From NCBI GenBank assembly GCA_008632985.1, contig QPGO01000031.1:186001-250000 (forward strand): a DNA stretch of 64,000 nucleotides, in the 5' to 3' direction. The translations under genes and the position numbers were made by a program. How positions within the stretch are numbered: position 1 is the first letter of the stretch; the number at the start of each line of letters is the position of its first letter. Shown here piece after piece: positions 48,552 to 59,646 of this stretch. This DNA is from Psammoneis japonica. Its lineage: Eukaryota. The notes under the pieces are model-generated. The model did not search any database. It was not told where the DNA came from and saw only the letters and a list, made by a program, of their open reading frames with translations.

Positions 48552-48789
48552 GAGTCTCCCCTGCGCGATCCGTGTTTCTTCTGTTTTACAAAGTGTTCTG
48601 CTAAAAGCTTAAAATGAAAAATAAATTAGATGCTGGTAAGCCCAGTAATGGTGCGGCAGATGACCTGCAGCGCTGACAGATGCTTCTCTACTCTGGCGCT
48701 TGTAGCAAGAGGAGAGTGCGTGCGTGCTAGCTGGGTAGGTCCTCATCGTAGAGTGTCGAGGATCAAATAATAAGAGTCGATGAACGAAC

Positions 48790-49730
48790 GTGAAGGTGAT
48801 GTGCACACTCACAAGCATGTGGGCAAGTGGCAGCACACACAGCATCTTCATGTGGTTAAATGACTTTTCAAGTGTCTCTATTGTGGGCATGACAAACTTG
48901 CAGTGATGAATGTGAACATCATTTGTTGAATTTCCCAAGCACCGACGTTGCAACGCGAGGGACACCTTGCAAGAAAACAACATGCAGGACCATCACAAAA
49001 GGCAACAAGTGTGTTGACAGAGAAGTTGTTTCTGCAATCAACGATGTCTCAGCTTGGAAAGAGATTGTGCCTTTTCCACTGCTTGGAGCACTCTCTGCAC
49101 TGTGTCCACCTTTTCTTTGCCCATTGCCGCAACTCGTGGTGCCTTGGCAGCCAGCCAACCCCTCCTCAGACAGCAACAAATTTTGAAACAACCTGGAGCT
49201 GGACTGTCAAAGCTGAGCATGCAGAGATGACAATCAAGATTGCAGCATCAACAATGACCTAGAACAACTTGTCTTTTGCCAGCAGCCCAGCTCGCAGTGG
49301 GGCCGCCGCCGCCGCTCTACAGCTTGTTGTGCCGCTGCTTGTGTGCAGAGAAGAAGCACCACCAGGGAGAGCACACATTCATGTGCTGTCAAGAGATTGT
49401 GGTTTGTCAAAAACACAATGAAAAAACTGATGGTCATGCTCACTGGAGCTGCCAGGACATGAAAACCTTTTAAGTTTCAGGGGGCACTGAGCTGGGAACA
49501 GACGAAGATTTTTTAGCGTGCTCATTCTTTCCGGGCTTCCCAGTTTGAACTTTGTGTGAGGACAGCTTGCTCTCAGCTGGGCAGTCATCTGCAGCACTTT
49601 CCTCCTGAAAGAAAAAAAATTCAGGCCACTTCTCAGGGAAGAAGAGTTGTCATTCTCTTTGAGAGCCTCTCTGCATGCAAAGGTCTGCCAGCTGTTAGAA
49701 CGAAACCCGGAAATGACATCAATGACGTAA
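48790..49730. other. TpA-depleted island 3 (weaker CpG loss)
   Basis: About 8 TpA in about 940 bp; TG/CA rich; more CpG retained than in island 1. Confidence 0.7.
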
Positions 49731-49882
49731 GTCAGGTCCCGCCTTCGTCAGTCACTCTGTCGGGACCCATGACCCGTTGGAGCTCACATTTTTTCGGCTG
49801 ACAGGAATGTTCTTCAACAACAAAGAACATTCTCATCGACCATAGCACTGAGCATTGACCACGACACCCAGTGGGATATATT

Positions 49883-51670
49883 ATGTCAGCCATGGAGCTT
49901 ACTCCAATGCCCCTGAATCCGGAGCCTCCCACTGGCTCGCACAAAAAGATTGTCTATTTGGTTCGTCATGCAGAGGCCACTCACAACGTCAAGGAGCGCG
50001 AGGCTGTCCAAGCGGCACTTGCCGCTGGAGAAACCAACAAGAAACAGCATGATCAGGCCAGAAGGGCTGTTCTGAGTCAAGATCCGTCGCTAAAGGACGC
50101 TCCACTCAGCTCTGATGGGACGGAACAGGCTCGACAATCGGGGAAAAAGTTAGATGCATTGTATCACTACTGCGAAACTCATTCTAGTAGTCCCACCGAT
50201 TCTCCAAACCGAAGGATTCATGCATCCTCTCCATTTCGCCGACCAGATATCGTCCTTGTGTCGCCACTTCGTCGTGCACTCATGACTGCCACTGAGCTGT
50301 TCTTGCAACCGGACGAAGACGGCGGTGATCCTCCCATGTTTCTTGCCATTGAAGCTCTCCGGGAAAAGCGCACTGGCTTGGCATGTGATGAGGGCAGTTC
50401 CGTTGAGGAGCTCAAAGCCGCATTTCCTCATGTTGATTTTAGTGACGTTGAACGGGGTTACCCAGCTGTCCCAATCGGTGAAGACAATGAGGCCGTTCGT
50501 GCAAGGGCTGGAGAGTTTCTTGATACACGCCTGGCGTCCGTCCCCGGTCAATACTTGGCGATAGTTAGCCACAAGGGTTGGCTTCGCGAGCAACGCAAAA
50601 TATTAAAGAACCGCGTAGATTCTGGATTATTGCGTGCAAACTTTGACGTGAATGAATGGGATACCACGCTCTTTGGTAACGCCGAGGTTAGGGTTGCTGC
50701 CTTTCGGTGGCAGGATGCGGAGCTGATTTCCGTTGTGTCAAGGAGTGTGGACAATGCCATGCTAGCATCGGCGGCTATGGTGGGTGACGGTTTTGAGTTT
50801 GCGCTAGGACCTCCATCGTCTGGATTCTCAATGTTTCTTGCTGATAGGACAACCAAGGTGCATTTTATCAGTCTTGCAGAGGGCAGGCATAACGTTGCGA
50901 TTCGAGAGGCAGCGGATTGGCCCACGGTCAATGGAAGCAACGACTCAGTCATGGAAGCAGAAGCTCTTCTACTACGGAAGGAGGGATACCCAGCATCGGC
51001 CCACCCTTTACATGATGCACGATTGACAAAAACAGGAGCATCCCAGGCGATAGGACTGAGAAAGATTCTTGCGAACCGCCCTTCCGGCGGAAGGCCGTTT
51101 ACGGCGTTTGATCTGGTTATCGTTTCCCCTCTTACGCGAGCTTGTGAGACTGCTGACATTATATTTTCCAAGACTCCTGGTACGTATGGAGGTGTTGAGA
51201 TTCCACCGCCTCGCATCTTAGTGAAAGAGGAATGTCGAGAAAGATATGGTCGGTACGTCTGTGACGGTCGAAGAACGGTGAAGGAACTGAAGGAGGAATT
51301 CCCAAAGTTTGATTTTTCGGAGATGACAAGTGATAAGGATAGACTACAGACCGACCAGCGTGAATCTGGCATGGACCTTCAAGAACGCGCCATTCGACTT
51401 TTGGGATGGCTCAGCGCGAGGCCAGAGAGGTGCGTAGCTGTGGTTACACACTCGGAATTTCTTCGCCATCTTTTCGGGCAGTTCGGGGATACACTCCACG
51501 AGGACGACAGAAGCCTGCTGCAGCGCACCGGGAAAAACTGTGAGCTAAGGTCGGTTGTGCTTTGCTCACATGGCGCCGTGGAGAGAGAGGAAACAAACGC
51601 TCCAGCTTCGACTGTTCGTGTACCTTCGTGCAATAGCCTAGGCTCGATGGTGGAGAACTTGTCAGAATGA
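49883..51670 (+). CDS. Tandem two-domain histidine phosphatase (phosphoglycerate mutase-like)
   Basis: Domain 1: LVRHAEATHN, DAPLS..G, VSPLRRAL, VSHKGWL. Domain 2: ISLAEGRHN, DARLT..G, VSPLTRACET, VTHSEFL, NCELR. Confidence 0.88.
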   Translation: MSAMELTPMPLNPEPPTGSHKKIVYLVRHAEATHNVKEREAVQAALAAGETNKKQHDQARRAVLSQDPSLKDAPLSSDGTEQARQSGKKLDALYHYCETHSSSPTDSPNRRIHASSPFRRPDIVLVSPLRRALMTATELFLQPDEDGGDPPMFLAIEALREKRTGLACDEGSSVEELKAAFPHVDFSDVERGYPAVPIGEDNEAVRARAGEFLDTRLASVPGQYLAIVSHKGWLREQRKILKNRVDSGLLRANFDVNEWDTTLFGNAEVRVAAFRWQDAELISVVSRSVDNAMLASAAMVGDGFEFALGPPSSGFSMFLADRTTKVHFISLAEGRHNVAIREAADWPTVNGSNDSVMEAEALLLRKEGYPASAHPLHDARLTKTGASQAIGLRKILANRPSGGRPFTAFDLVIVSPLTRACETADIIFSKTPGTYGGVEIPPPRILVKEECRERYGRYVCDGRRTVKELKEEFPKFDFSEMTSDKDRLQTDQRESGMDLQERAIRLLGWLSARPERCVAVVTHSEFLRHLFGQFGDTLHEDDRSLLQRTGKNCELRSVVLCSHGAVEREETNAPASTVRVPSCNSLGSMVENLSE

Positions 51671-52272
51671 TGAAGAGATCAAGAGGTTGATCCAACAATT
51701 AATGAACACATACACAGAAAAGAGATTCCGCATCGCGTTAGCTAGAGTAAAAGCCTTCCAGTTTCTCTCGGATGGCAAATTGAGAGCAGTAGACAAGTCC
51801 CGCATACTTTGATATATGGGCTGCGTGTTATCTTACATCTTCAGCGCTACATTGTCATCCGCGTCCTACTCTTCTCTTGAACACCTCCCAGTGAATACGG
51901 CTTTGATCCACACCGAGACTCATCAGTCCTTCTCTTTGCGGGCGGCCATGAAATCGGGCGGCAGACACATGTAGTATTGCGTGACCTATTGTTTTCCAAA
52001 TGTAGTTTTTGGGAAGAAACATGGGTTTCTTCGTGTCGTTGGGGAGATCCAATAACCTTACCTGTTTGGCTAAATTGAACATTTCCAGACTCTAGCTCTA
52101 GTAGAAGTACTCTCCGTGGTTCGTACGCGTCCTTGCTTGCTTTGTCTCTCAATGATTCGTCTGGACGTCTCTTCAGCAAAAATGCAACGCATGCAACATT
52201 ACAACGCATGTTCACAACACACTGACTGCAGCCGCACATTCTTCATTCTTTCCATCAATTGTAACGAAAAGT

Positions 52273-53286
52273 ATGCCTTCGTCAAGAGAATCAAGCATTG
52301 TAGTCGCGACTGCGGCAGCTACTACCGGTGTCTTAAGTTTGGTATGGTGGCTGAAATGTCATCGTCAGTCAACAACTCAGAGGTTCAAGAGCGTCCCGGC
52401 TGAGCTACGCAGCAACCCGTACTTTGGCCACCTTTGTGTTGCTGTAAAGCTCGCCCTGGAGGCTGGCGCCAACATTAAGCAATACTGCGACACGGTCGGT
52501 ACCGTCGCTGAAGCAAAGGACCTTAATATTAACACCAAGGGCCAGCCGGAAGACTTTTGTACCGCGATTGATCTGTTGAATGAAGAACTTGTTGCCAATG
52601 GAATCTCATCAAGTTTTCCCTCACACAAGATTATCGGAGAAGAGGAAACGGGAACAGGCGCTATCCCTCCTCTCACAAAAGATCCAACTTGGATTATTGA
52701 TCCTATTGATGGGACCACCAACTTTGCTTCGGGAATACCATTGTCATGCGTATCGATTGGCTATTGTGAAGATGGAAAACCAGTGTTGGGGGTGGTGTAT
52801 GCGCCCATGCTGTCCGAGCTTTATGTGGCTGTGCGAGGACACGGAGCTTTTCTCAACGGCAAACGTCTCGTAGTCAGCTCTTTATCCAAGAAGAAGACTC
52901 TTTGGGATGCGGTTGTGGTGTTTGAGTTTGGATACACTCGATCACAAGAAGGGATTGCAACAATGCTTGGTGCTCTACAACGTGTTTTGAACCACGGGTT
53001 TCGGGCCGTCCGCGGATTTGGCAGCGGAGTGTTGGATTTGTGCCATGTTGCTCGCGGTTCGATTGATGTAGTATACGCAGGAGTTGCAGGAGAAGGCTGG
53101 AAGCCGTGGGATCATTGTGCGGGCTCTGTCATTGTAACCGAGGCTGGATGCGTTATTGAAAGCCTGGTTCTCAAAAAAGGAGAAACTGGAGGAGGAGAAT
53201 TTGACATTTATTCCGACTCGATTATTTGCGCAGTGAATCAAGACATTCTAAGCACGTGTCGCAATATTGTTTGTGAAGGACTATAA
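52273..53286 (+). CDS. Inositol monophosphatase
   Basis: IIGEE, TWIIDPIDGTTNF, R.FGSGVLDLCHVARG, KPWDHCAG..IVTEAG. Confidence 0.93.
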   Translation: MPSSRESSIVVATAAATTGVLSLVWWLKCHRQSTTQRFKSVPAELRSNPYFGHLCVAVKLALEAGANIKQYCDTVGTVAEAKDLNINTKGQPEDFCTAIDLLNEELVANGISSSFPSHKIIGEEETGTGAIPPLTKDPTWIIDPIDGTTNFASGIPLSCVSIGYCEDGKPVLGVVYAPMLSELYVAVRGHGAFLNGKRLVVSSLSKKKTLWDAVVVFEFGYTRSQEGIATMLGALQRVLNHGFRAVRGFGSGVLDLCHVARGSIDVVYAGVAGEGWKPWDHCAGSVIVTEAGCVIESLVLKKGETGGGEFDIYSDSIICAVNQDILSTCRNIVCEGL

Positions 53287-53319
53287 GCTACAATACCGTT
53301 GTTACTACTGAAACAAATG

Positions 53320-53525
53320 AAATATTCCAATGCTTCCTACGCTGGAGTTTGACGGTAAGCAGAGCGCAACCGCAACGCTAATCGCAATCTTCAAAATGAC
53401 ATCCCTACCGATGGAGCACGCATAAAGTATTTCAATGCTTACCAAGCTGGAGTTTGACGGTGAGCAGAGCAACAGCAACGCCAATCACCATCTTCAAAAC
53501 GACATCCTGACCGATGGAGCACACG
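53320..53525. repeat. About 105-bp diverged tandem duplication of the 3' end of the 53432-54226 gene
   Basis: caatgctt..gctggagtttgacggt..gcagagc..atcttcaaaa.gacatcc..accgatggagcac present at 53328 and 53433. Confidence 0.9.
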
Positions 53526-54226
53526 ACAAGTGTCAAGAAACCCGCGACAAGACCCGTAACGATCTCTTGAGTCTTGTCCGTGTTCTTCTTGGACTTCGTT
53601 GCAGGAATCGTCAGCACTTCTCCGACCCGGTCTCGTTTGATCTTGCGCTCCGGACGTCCCGTCGTGGTGTCCGTCGGGCTCTCGGGAGCAAATTCTTCAA
53701 ACGAGAAACTCTCCTCGGACTTGATCGAGGGACTCTCCATGGGAGCATCATGGGGCGGGAGCGTCAAGGCTGCCCATTCGGCTGCACGACGACGCGCTTC
53801 GGCAAGACGTTGCGACTTGAGCGTTCCCGGCGTTTTCGTCGCAACGGCGGAAGCAGCGTCGCTTTTCGGAATGAATTCCGGAACGGCCGACGGCTTCTTG
53901 GAACCGGGAAACTTGGTCCTGTACCCCATGTTCATCGCCCATTCGTTTCCACGTTTGCGTGCTTCGGCAAGTTCATCATCACGTTTCGACATTGTCGTTG
54001 CGGTGGTGTTCCTTTTGGGGCTCCTCATCGTTGCAACAGTCGCCGTACGGGTCTCGACCAACTGCTTGGCGGTACGTGCCGAACGACGTTGAGGCGAGGC
54101 GACCCCTCCTTGAAATTCCAAACGGACCTTTTCCTGAATCGCTTGCTTCTGGCTTTTGGAAAGCTTCTTCGCCGGCACTTCGGAAGTGCTGTTCATGGCT
54201 TTCGGGCTGCGGGTAGACCGGATCAT
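53432..54226 (-). CDS. Hypothetical basic protein with C-terminal hydrophobic segments
   Basis: 264-aa ORF; two LAEAR.R..EWA repeats; C-terminal IVTGLVAGFLTLVVC and MVIGVAVALL. Confidence 0.7.
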   Translation of the reverse strand: MIRSTRSPKAMNSTSEVPAKKLSKSQKQAIQEKVRLEFQGGVASPQRRSARTAKQLVETRTATVATMRSPKRNTTATTMSKRDDELAEARKRGNEWAMNMGYRTKFPGSKKPSAVPEFIPKSDAASAVATKTPGTLKSQRLAEARRRAAEWAALTLPPHDAPMESPSIKSEESFSFEEFAPESPTDTTTGRPERKIKRDRVGEVLTIPATKSKKNTDKTQEIVTGLVAGFLTLVVCSIGQDVVLKMVIGVAVALLTVKLQLGKH

Positions 54227-54799
54227 GACGTTACGTAAGCGATAGACACGATATATATGACGACTGCCGACAACCAGGTACAGTACTTGTACTTGTTTCG
54301 AGAGTTGTAATGGGAAAGAGCGACCTTTGTGAACCTCAGATCGCTGTTGGCGATAAACGTCGATTTTGAGAAACTGTTTGCGGTTGATGTTTAGTCGTTG
54401 GCGACTCAGGTTTTTGTTGCACCGGCTGTGTTTGAAAATGTCTAGTCGACTGGGTCGAATTTGAAATCGCGAGTCGCGCGTGCTAACACCAGACCGATTT
54501 TTAGTCGAATGATTCGAAACGTTTTATTAAAATGACCGATGACTTGTTTACTTATGAATAGTCTTGGGTATCGTAAGATTTGTTAATTACCTCTGTCTCA
54601 ACCACATAATGACTGTCTTTGACAATGACGTTGCAACCTGTTTTGCTTGAACGACTTGATTGAGACTTGAGACTGCCATTTTGGATTTGACTGCAGAAAT
54701 GGCACAATGGATGAATCCAAAATACTAGAAGAACGGTATTTTGAAAGACGAGAACGATACTGTGCTCATCGATTTCTTTGGTGTTTGAAGAATCTACTC

Positions 54800-57700
54800 A
54801 TGTCTCCGTCTGTGGCTTTGAGGATCGCGATCCTGTCTGCCAGTGTCTACGGTGTTGTTGGGCAAAGTCCGTGCTGGTAAGCTTTGAGGTGCTAATCGGC
54901 CTCTACAACCCTTCTTTACGGTATCCTCAATTCCTTTCCATTTTTTCTATTTTCAGCATTCAAGCAGAATTCGCTGGTCCAGGAGTTTGCACAACCGTTG
55001 CTTGGTGTAATGCCGACCAAGCGAATTGCGAGGGTGACTGCGAAGGAGTTTGGGCGGTACTTGTTCCTGGTGGAGCACCTACCGTGTCGCCCTCTGCTGC
55101 TCCCACTGCGCAACCGACGGATCCTGTGGTCCAAGGTTCAGCTTCCTGTTGGTAAGTGATTCATGCAGCTGTGGCAAAGATAATCAAATTGAAAATGTGC
55201 TGCAAATGATTTCGGACGCTTTCCTCTCACCGATTCTCATGCGTATACTTCTCCCTTCCTTATTGAATTGATGTCGTTACCAACCCCGAAATAAACGATG
55301 CATCTATACTCGCAGTGAACAGATTAACTTTGCGGGTCCTGGTTGCACCACGGTAGATTGGTGTAATTCTGAGCAAGCGAATTGTGAGGGTGACTGCGAA
55401 GGCGTTTGGATTTCTGTTGGGACTCCAACAGTGGCTCCATCAGCCTCTCCAACCAGCGCTACAGTGGCTCCGACGGTTCCTCCCACCAGTGCCCCAACGC
55501 CAGGGCCTTCATCTTTGCCACCGACGGTCCCTCCGACCAGTACTCCAACAGTTCCTCCAACGTCAGCGCCAACTTCGGGGCCGACAGTCCCTCCGACAAC
55601 GACCGCTTCAACGCCAGCGCCTTCTTCACCGCCAACGTCCGCTCCTGTAGTCTCTACAACGGCGACGCCAACCAGTACTCCGACAGAGACACCCGTCGAC
55701 CCTCCAACGGTTCCTCCGATCGGTGGTACGCTTCCTTGTTGGTAAGTGCCGTATCCAGCACGTGCTATGATTGAGCTGTTGTCATTTAATCTTACAGGAT
55801 GTATCCCTTCTTGGGTATTGTCTGTTTTGCTCCCTCACTAGTGTCCAGATTGAGTTTGCGGGGCCGGGATGTACCACTGTGCCGTGGTGCAATGCAGAGC
55901 AGTCGAATTGTGAGGGTGACTGCGAAGGTGTCTGGACAGTTGTAGGGTCTCCGACAGATCCTCCAACAGAGGTTCCCACAGAATCACCTGTTGTCCCTCC
56001 AACGACCGCGCCAACTTCGACGTTGACAGAGGCTCCTACAATCCCTCCGACAGCGACTGATCCAACGTCTCCAACGGCGACACCAACCAGTGCTCCGACA
56101 GAGTCACCCGTTGACCCTCCAACGGTTTCCCCGGTCGGTGGTACGCTTCCTTGTTGGTAAGTGCCGTATCCAGCAAGTGCTTTGATTACACAGTGGTCAA
56201 TTTGTCTTACTGTTTCAATTCTTGCTCTTGTGTGATTCAATGTCTCTCTCCCCTTACCGGTAGCGTTCAGATTGAGTTTGCCGGGCCAGGATGTACCACC
56301 GTACAGTGGTGTAACGCAGAGCAGTCGAATTGCGAGGGTGATTGCGAAGGTGTTTGGACTGTCTTTGGAGCTCCAACGGATCCGCCAGTTGGGTCTCCCA
56401 CGCCCACTCCAACGGATGGGCTGTGCATTCTCGAGGGCGATGTTTGCTCCCCAACAGCTCCAGTTCCGTGCTGCGGGATATTTCTCTGTGTCGGTGTTAA
56501 CGGCGCGACGAACATGGGAGTTTGCGGTACCTCTGAGCCACCCACAACGGCAACGCCGACAATTGCACCGCCCCCAACTACGCCACCTCCTTCACAGTCC
56601 ACACCGAACGATGTGACCCGTACCTATGTATTTGGGCATTCCCTTCTGTACCACACCTACACAGATTACCCGAATGTGAACGCGCTGTCAGTGCCCTTTT
56701 GGTTGAATCGCCTTGCTTCCGCTAATGGAATTGATGCTAGAATGGACGGCGAATTCAGGACCAACAACTATCCAGTCCCTCCAGGAGCGCAATGGGGCTG
56801 GCAGCCTAGTATTTCTGGGTGGGATGGGTCTTTTGAATCGTCGAACTATGACAGTGTTATCTATACGGAGCTCAATTTTGTCCAGTACAAAAGCCCAACC
56901 GAGCCGTACGATTACGCCGACCCCTTTGCTGCAACTCCAGTACAGAGCTTTATCCGAGTCATTGACTATGTTTTATCGGTCAACCCGAACATTTCTATTT
57001 ATCTTTACGAGTGCTGGAATGGTGCAGAGCAATTTGCTCCAAACTATTATCCTTTTCTAGGTGAAAATGTGATACCTACCGATGCCGATAAATTCAACTA
57101 TTACACGTCGATGGACAACTCGAGCGCGTACCATCAATGGTGGATAGACCTTCATGCTGAAGTCATGGCTTTGCGCCCAGCAGCAAACATTGCCTTTGTA
57201 CCAGTCGCTGCAATCTTGTCGTCGGTTTTGTCGGAGGAACTAGGCCAAGTCCCTTTTCAAGAACTTTTCGAGGACAACGCTCCCCACGGTCGCCCGTCGG
57301 TTTACTTCTTGGCATCCTTGATCCAATACATGGCAATGAATGGAGAACGACCTAATCCGGCGTACGTAGCACCGTCAGATGGGACGCTTCATCCGGCCGT
57401 TGTCAGCAACTACAACTTGATTGTAGACAAAATTTTCTCATTGGTGGAAGGTGCCTCCTGACATCCGGTGCCTCCACCTTCGGGTCTTCCTTCCGCTTTT
57501 CCGAGTATTTCGCCAGTTTTGAGTCCTCCAGAGTCGCCGCCTACGACTTCTCCAGTCGACGGCTCGGTGCCATGTTGGTGAGTCACGTTAACAGGAATTG
57601 TAGATTTGCTTAATGTCTCCTCTAACCCATTGTGCTACCCTGTAATTGACAGTGTGCAAGCCGAATACGCGGGTCCAGGCTGCACCTCGGTTGACTGGTG

Positions 57701-59438
57701 CAACGGTGGGCAAACCAATTGCGAAGGTGATTGTGAAGGTGTTTGGACTGTTGTCAGTACTACCATTCCTGTAGCTCCGTCAAGTCCACCAGCTCCAACA
57801 ACAGCTGCACCGACATATGCCGGGACTTCGTTGCCAACTGAATCCTCGTCTGCACAAGGATCAATGGCAATGGGGCTTGCCGGGATAAGCGACTGGTCGA
57901 CTCAAATTCCATTCATTAATCTTATGAAATCGTCGCGACCTTGGTTTAGTGGCTATGGCGTCGATGGCCCAGTTCTCATCCCAGGAAGTCAACTTGATCC
58001 CGATGGATGGGTGTTATATCTCGCCGCAGACCAGGCAGCAGAAACTATCTTCCTTATCGAGGATTCCTCCTCATCTGGTTATGCTTATGACTTCGACCGC
58101 ATTATCGTGAACTACCAGGGAACTGGCACTCTCGCTTATCCCGGGTGCGAAGTATTGGAGTCCATGCCCGGGCGAGACGTTATCAGAATGTACCAGGACG
58201 GGACGGGATCGCTGCGTATCTTGGCAACTGATCCTAACGACTATTTGAGAAATATACAGATAGTGCCTGAGGTTTGGGAGGGGCGCTACCTGAATGGAGA
58301 AACCTTCAACCCGGATTGGATAGCTCGAATCCGACAGTTCAAATCTCTTCGTTTCATGGACTGGATGAGCACAAACTGGTCAACCATTTCGACTTGGGCG
58401 ATGCGAACATTGCCGTCGCATCGCACTTATGCAGGACAAGGCGGCGTCCCGCTTGAAGTTATCATTGAACTTGCAAACCTAGTTTCAGCCGAACCTTGGT
58501 TTAATGTCTTTCACCTCGCTGATGATGACTACATACGTCGTATGGCCCAACTGATTCACGACAACTTGGATCCAAACCTGTCGTTCTACGTTGAACACAG
58601 CAATGAGGTTTGGAACTTTATTTTCTCGCAGGCTTCGTACGCGGAGGAGCAAGGACTGCAGATGTGGCCAATCACTGAAGGAGAATGGGGCAGAGGGCAA
58701 GAATGGCATGGATATCGCACCGCCCGTATTTGCGACATTTTCAAGCAGGAGGTCTTTATTGCAGACAACTCCAAGGTGAAATGTGCGCTGGGCGTTCACA
58801 CAGGATGGCATGGATTACAAGAACCAGCAGTACTATGTCCCAACTGGGAGGAGGCTCCATGCCATGCCCATGGATTCGATGTGATTGCCATTACGACCTA
58901 CTTCAACGGCGGCCTCAACGGCCCATATGTTCAAGACGAAGCCGGGGACCTACATATTGCAGCCCTTCGACAAGTGATGACAGATACAACTCTGGACACA
59001 GCGTTTTTGCAACTCCTGCAAGGTGGTCAGATGCCAACAGTTGCCGAATACGCCAACTACAGTGGCGTCGCAGGCGAAGTCGCAGAAAACCTCCAATATT
59101 GGGTCAATTACGCTGCCCAGTATGGAATGGAAATCGTTGCGTATGAGGGTGGTCAGCATATAACAGCAAATGGCCATGTCCTGCAGGACGATACAGACCT
59201 CATTAGTTTTCACGCCGCACTGAACCGCGACTCACGTATGCAAGAAGTGTACTCGGCTTTCTTGGATGCCTGGCGTATAAATGGAGGCACATTGCATTTC
59301 CACTTTGTTGATATTTCAAGTGTCTCCAAGTATGGGTCCTGGGGAGCTCTAGAACACGTTCTTGAGCCCACTTCTCCAAAATGGGCGGCGCTCACAGAGT
59401 ACAATGCAAATGTATCTTGTTGGTGGTCAGGTTGCTAA
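54800..59438 (+). CDS. Large secreted modular protein: 5 Cys modules + PT linkers + SGNH-like domain + bacterial-type GH-like ('cellulose-binding protein' class) domain; in-frame TGA at 57459
   Basis: Signal MSPSVALRIAILSASVYG; spliced modules CC.Q.(E/N)(F/Y)AGPG.CT.V.WCN..Q.NCEGDCEGVW x5; FGHSLLYH..IYLYECW..DNAPHG; GLAGISDWSTQIPFINLMKSSRPW, LRFMDWM, GVPLE, VEHSNEVWN, YEGGQH, YGSWG. Confidence 0.8.
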
Positions 59439-59646
59439 CAAATAGGCTGGCAACTTACTATGTCTGTTGTGCATCTCCAAAATGATTTCAAATCTCCCCT
59501 TCGCATTTTCACCGGGCGACGAGCGGGTATGGTGTGACGCCGGCAAACCTCGATTATTGTTCCTACTTCGTCCTAACTTTGATTTTCCATGGCCATATCG
59601 AATTGAAAAAGTGCACAAGCTATCTATGATCATAATGAGGTTACAT

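Noticed and set aside
54800..57750. CRISPR-like repeat-spacer array
   Set aside because: The repeats are protein-coding Cys modules with introns and irregular spacing; no cas genes are present.
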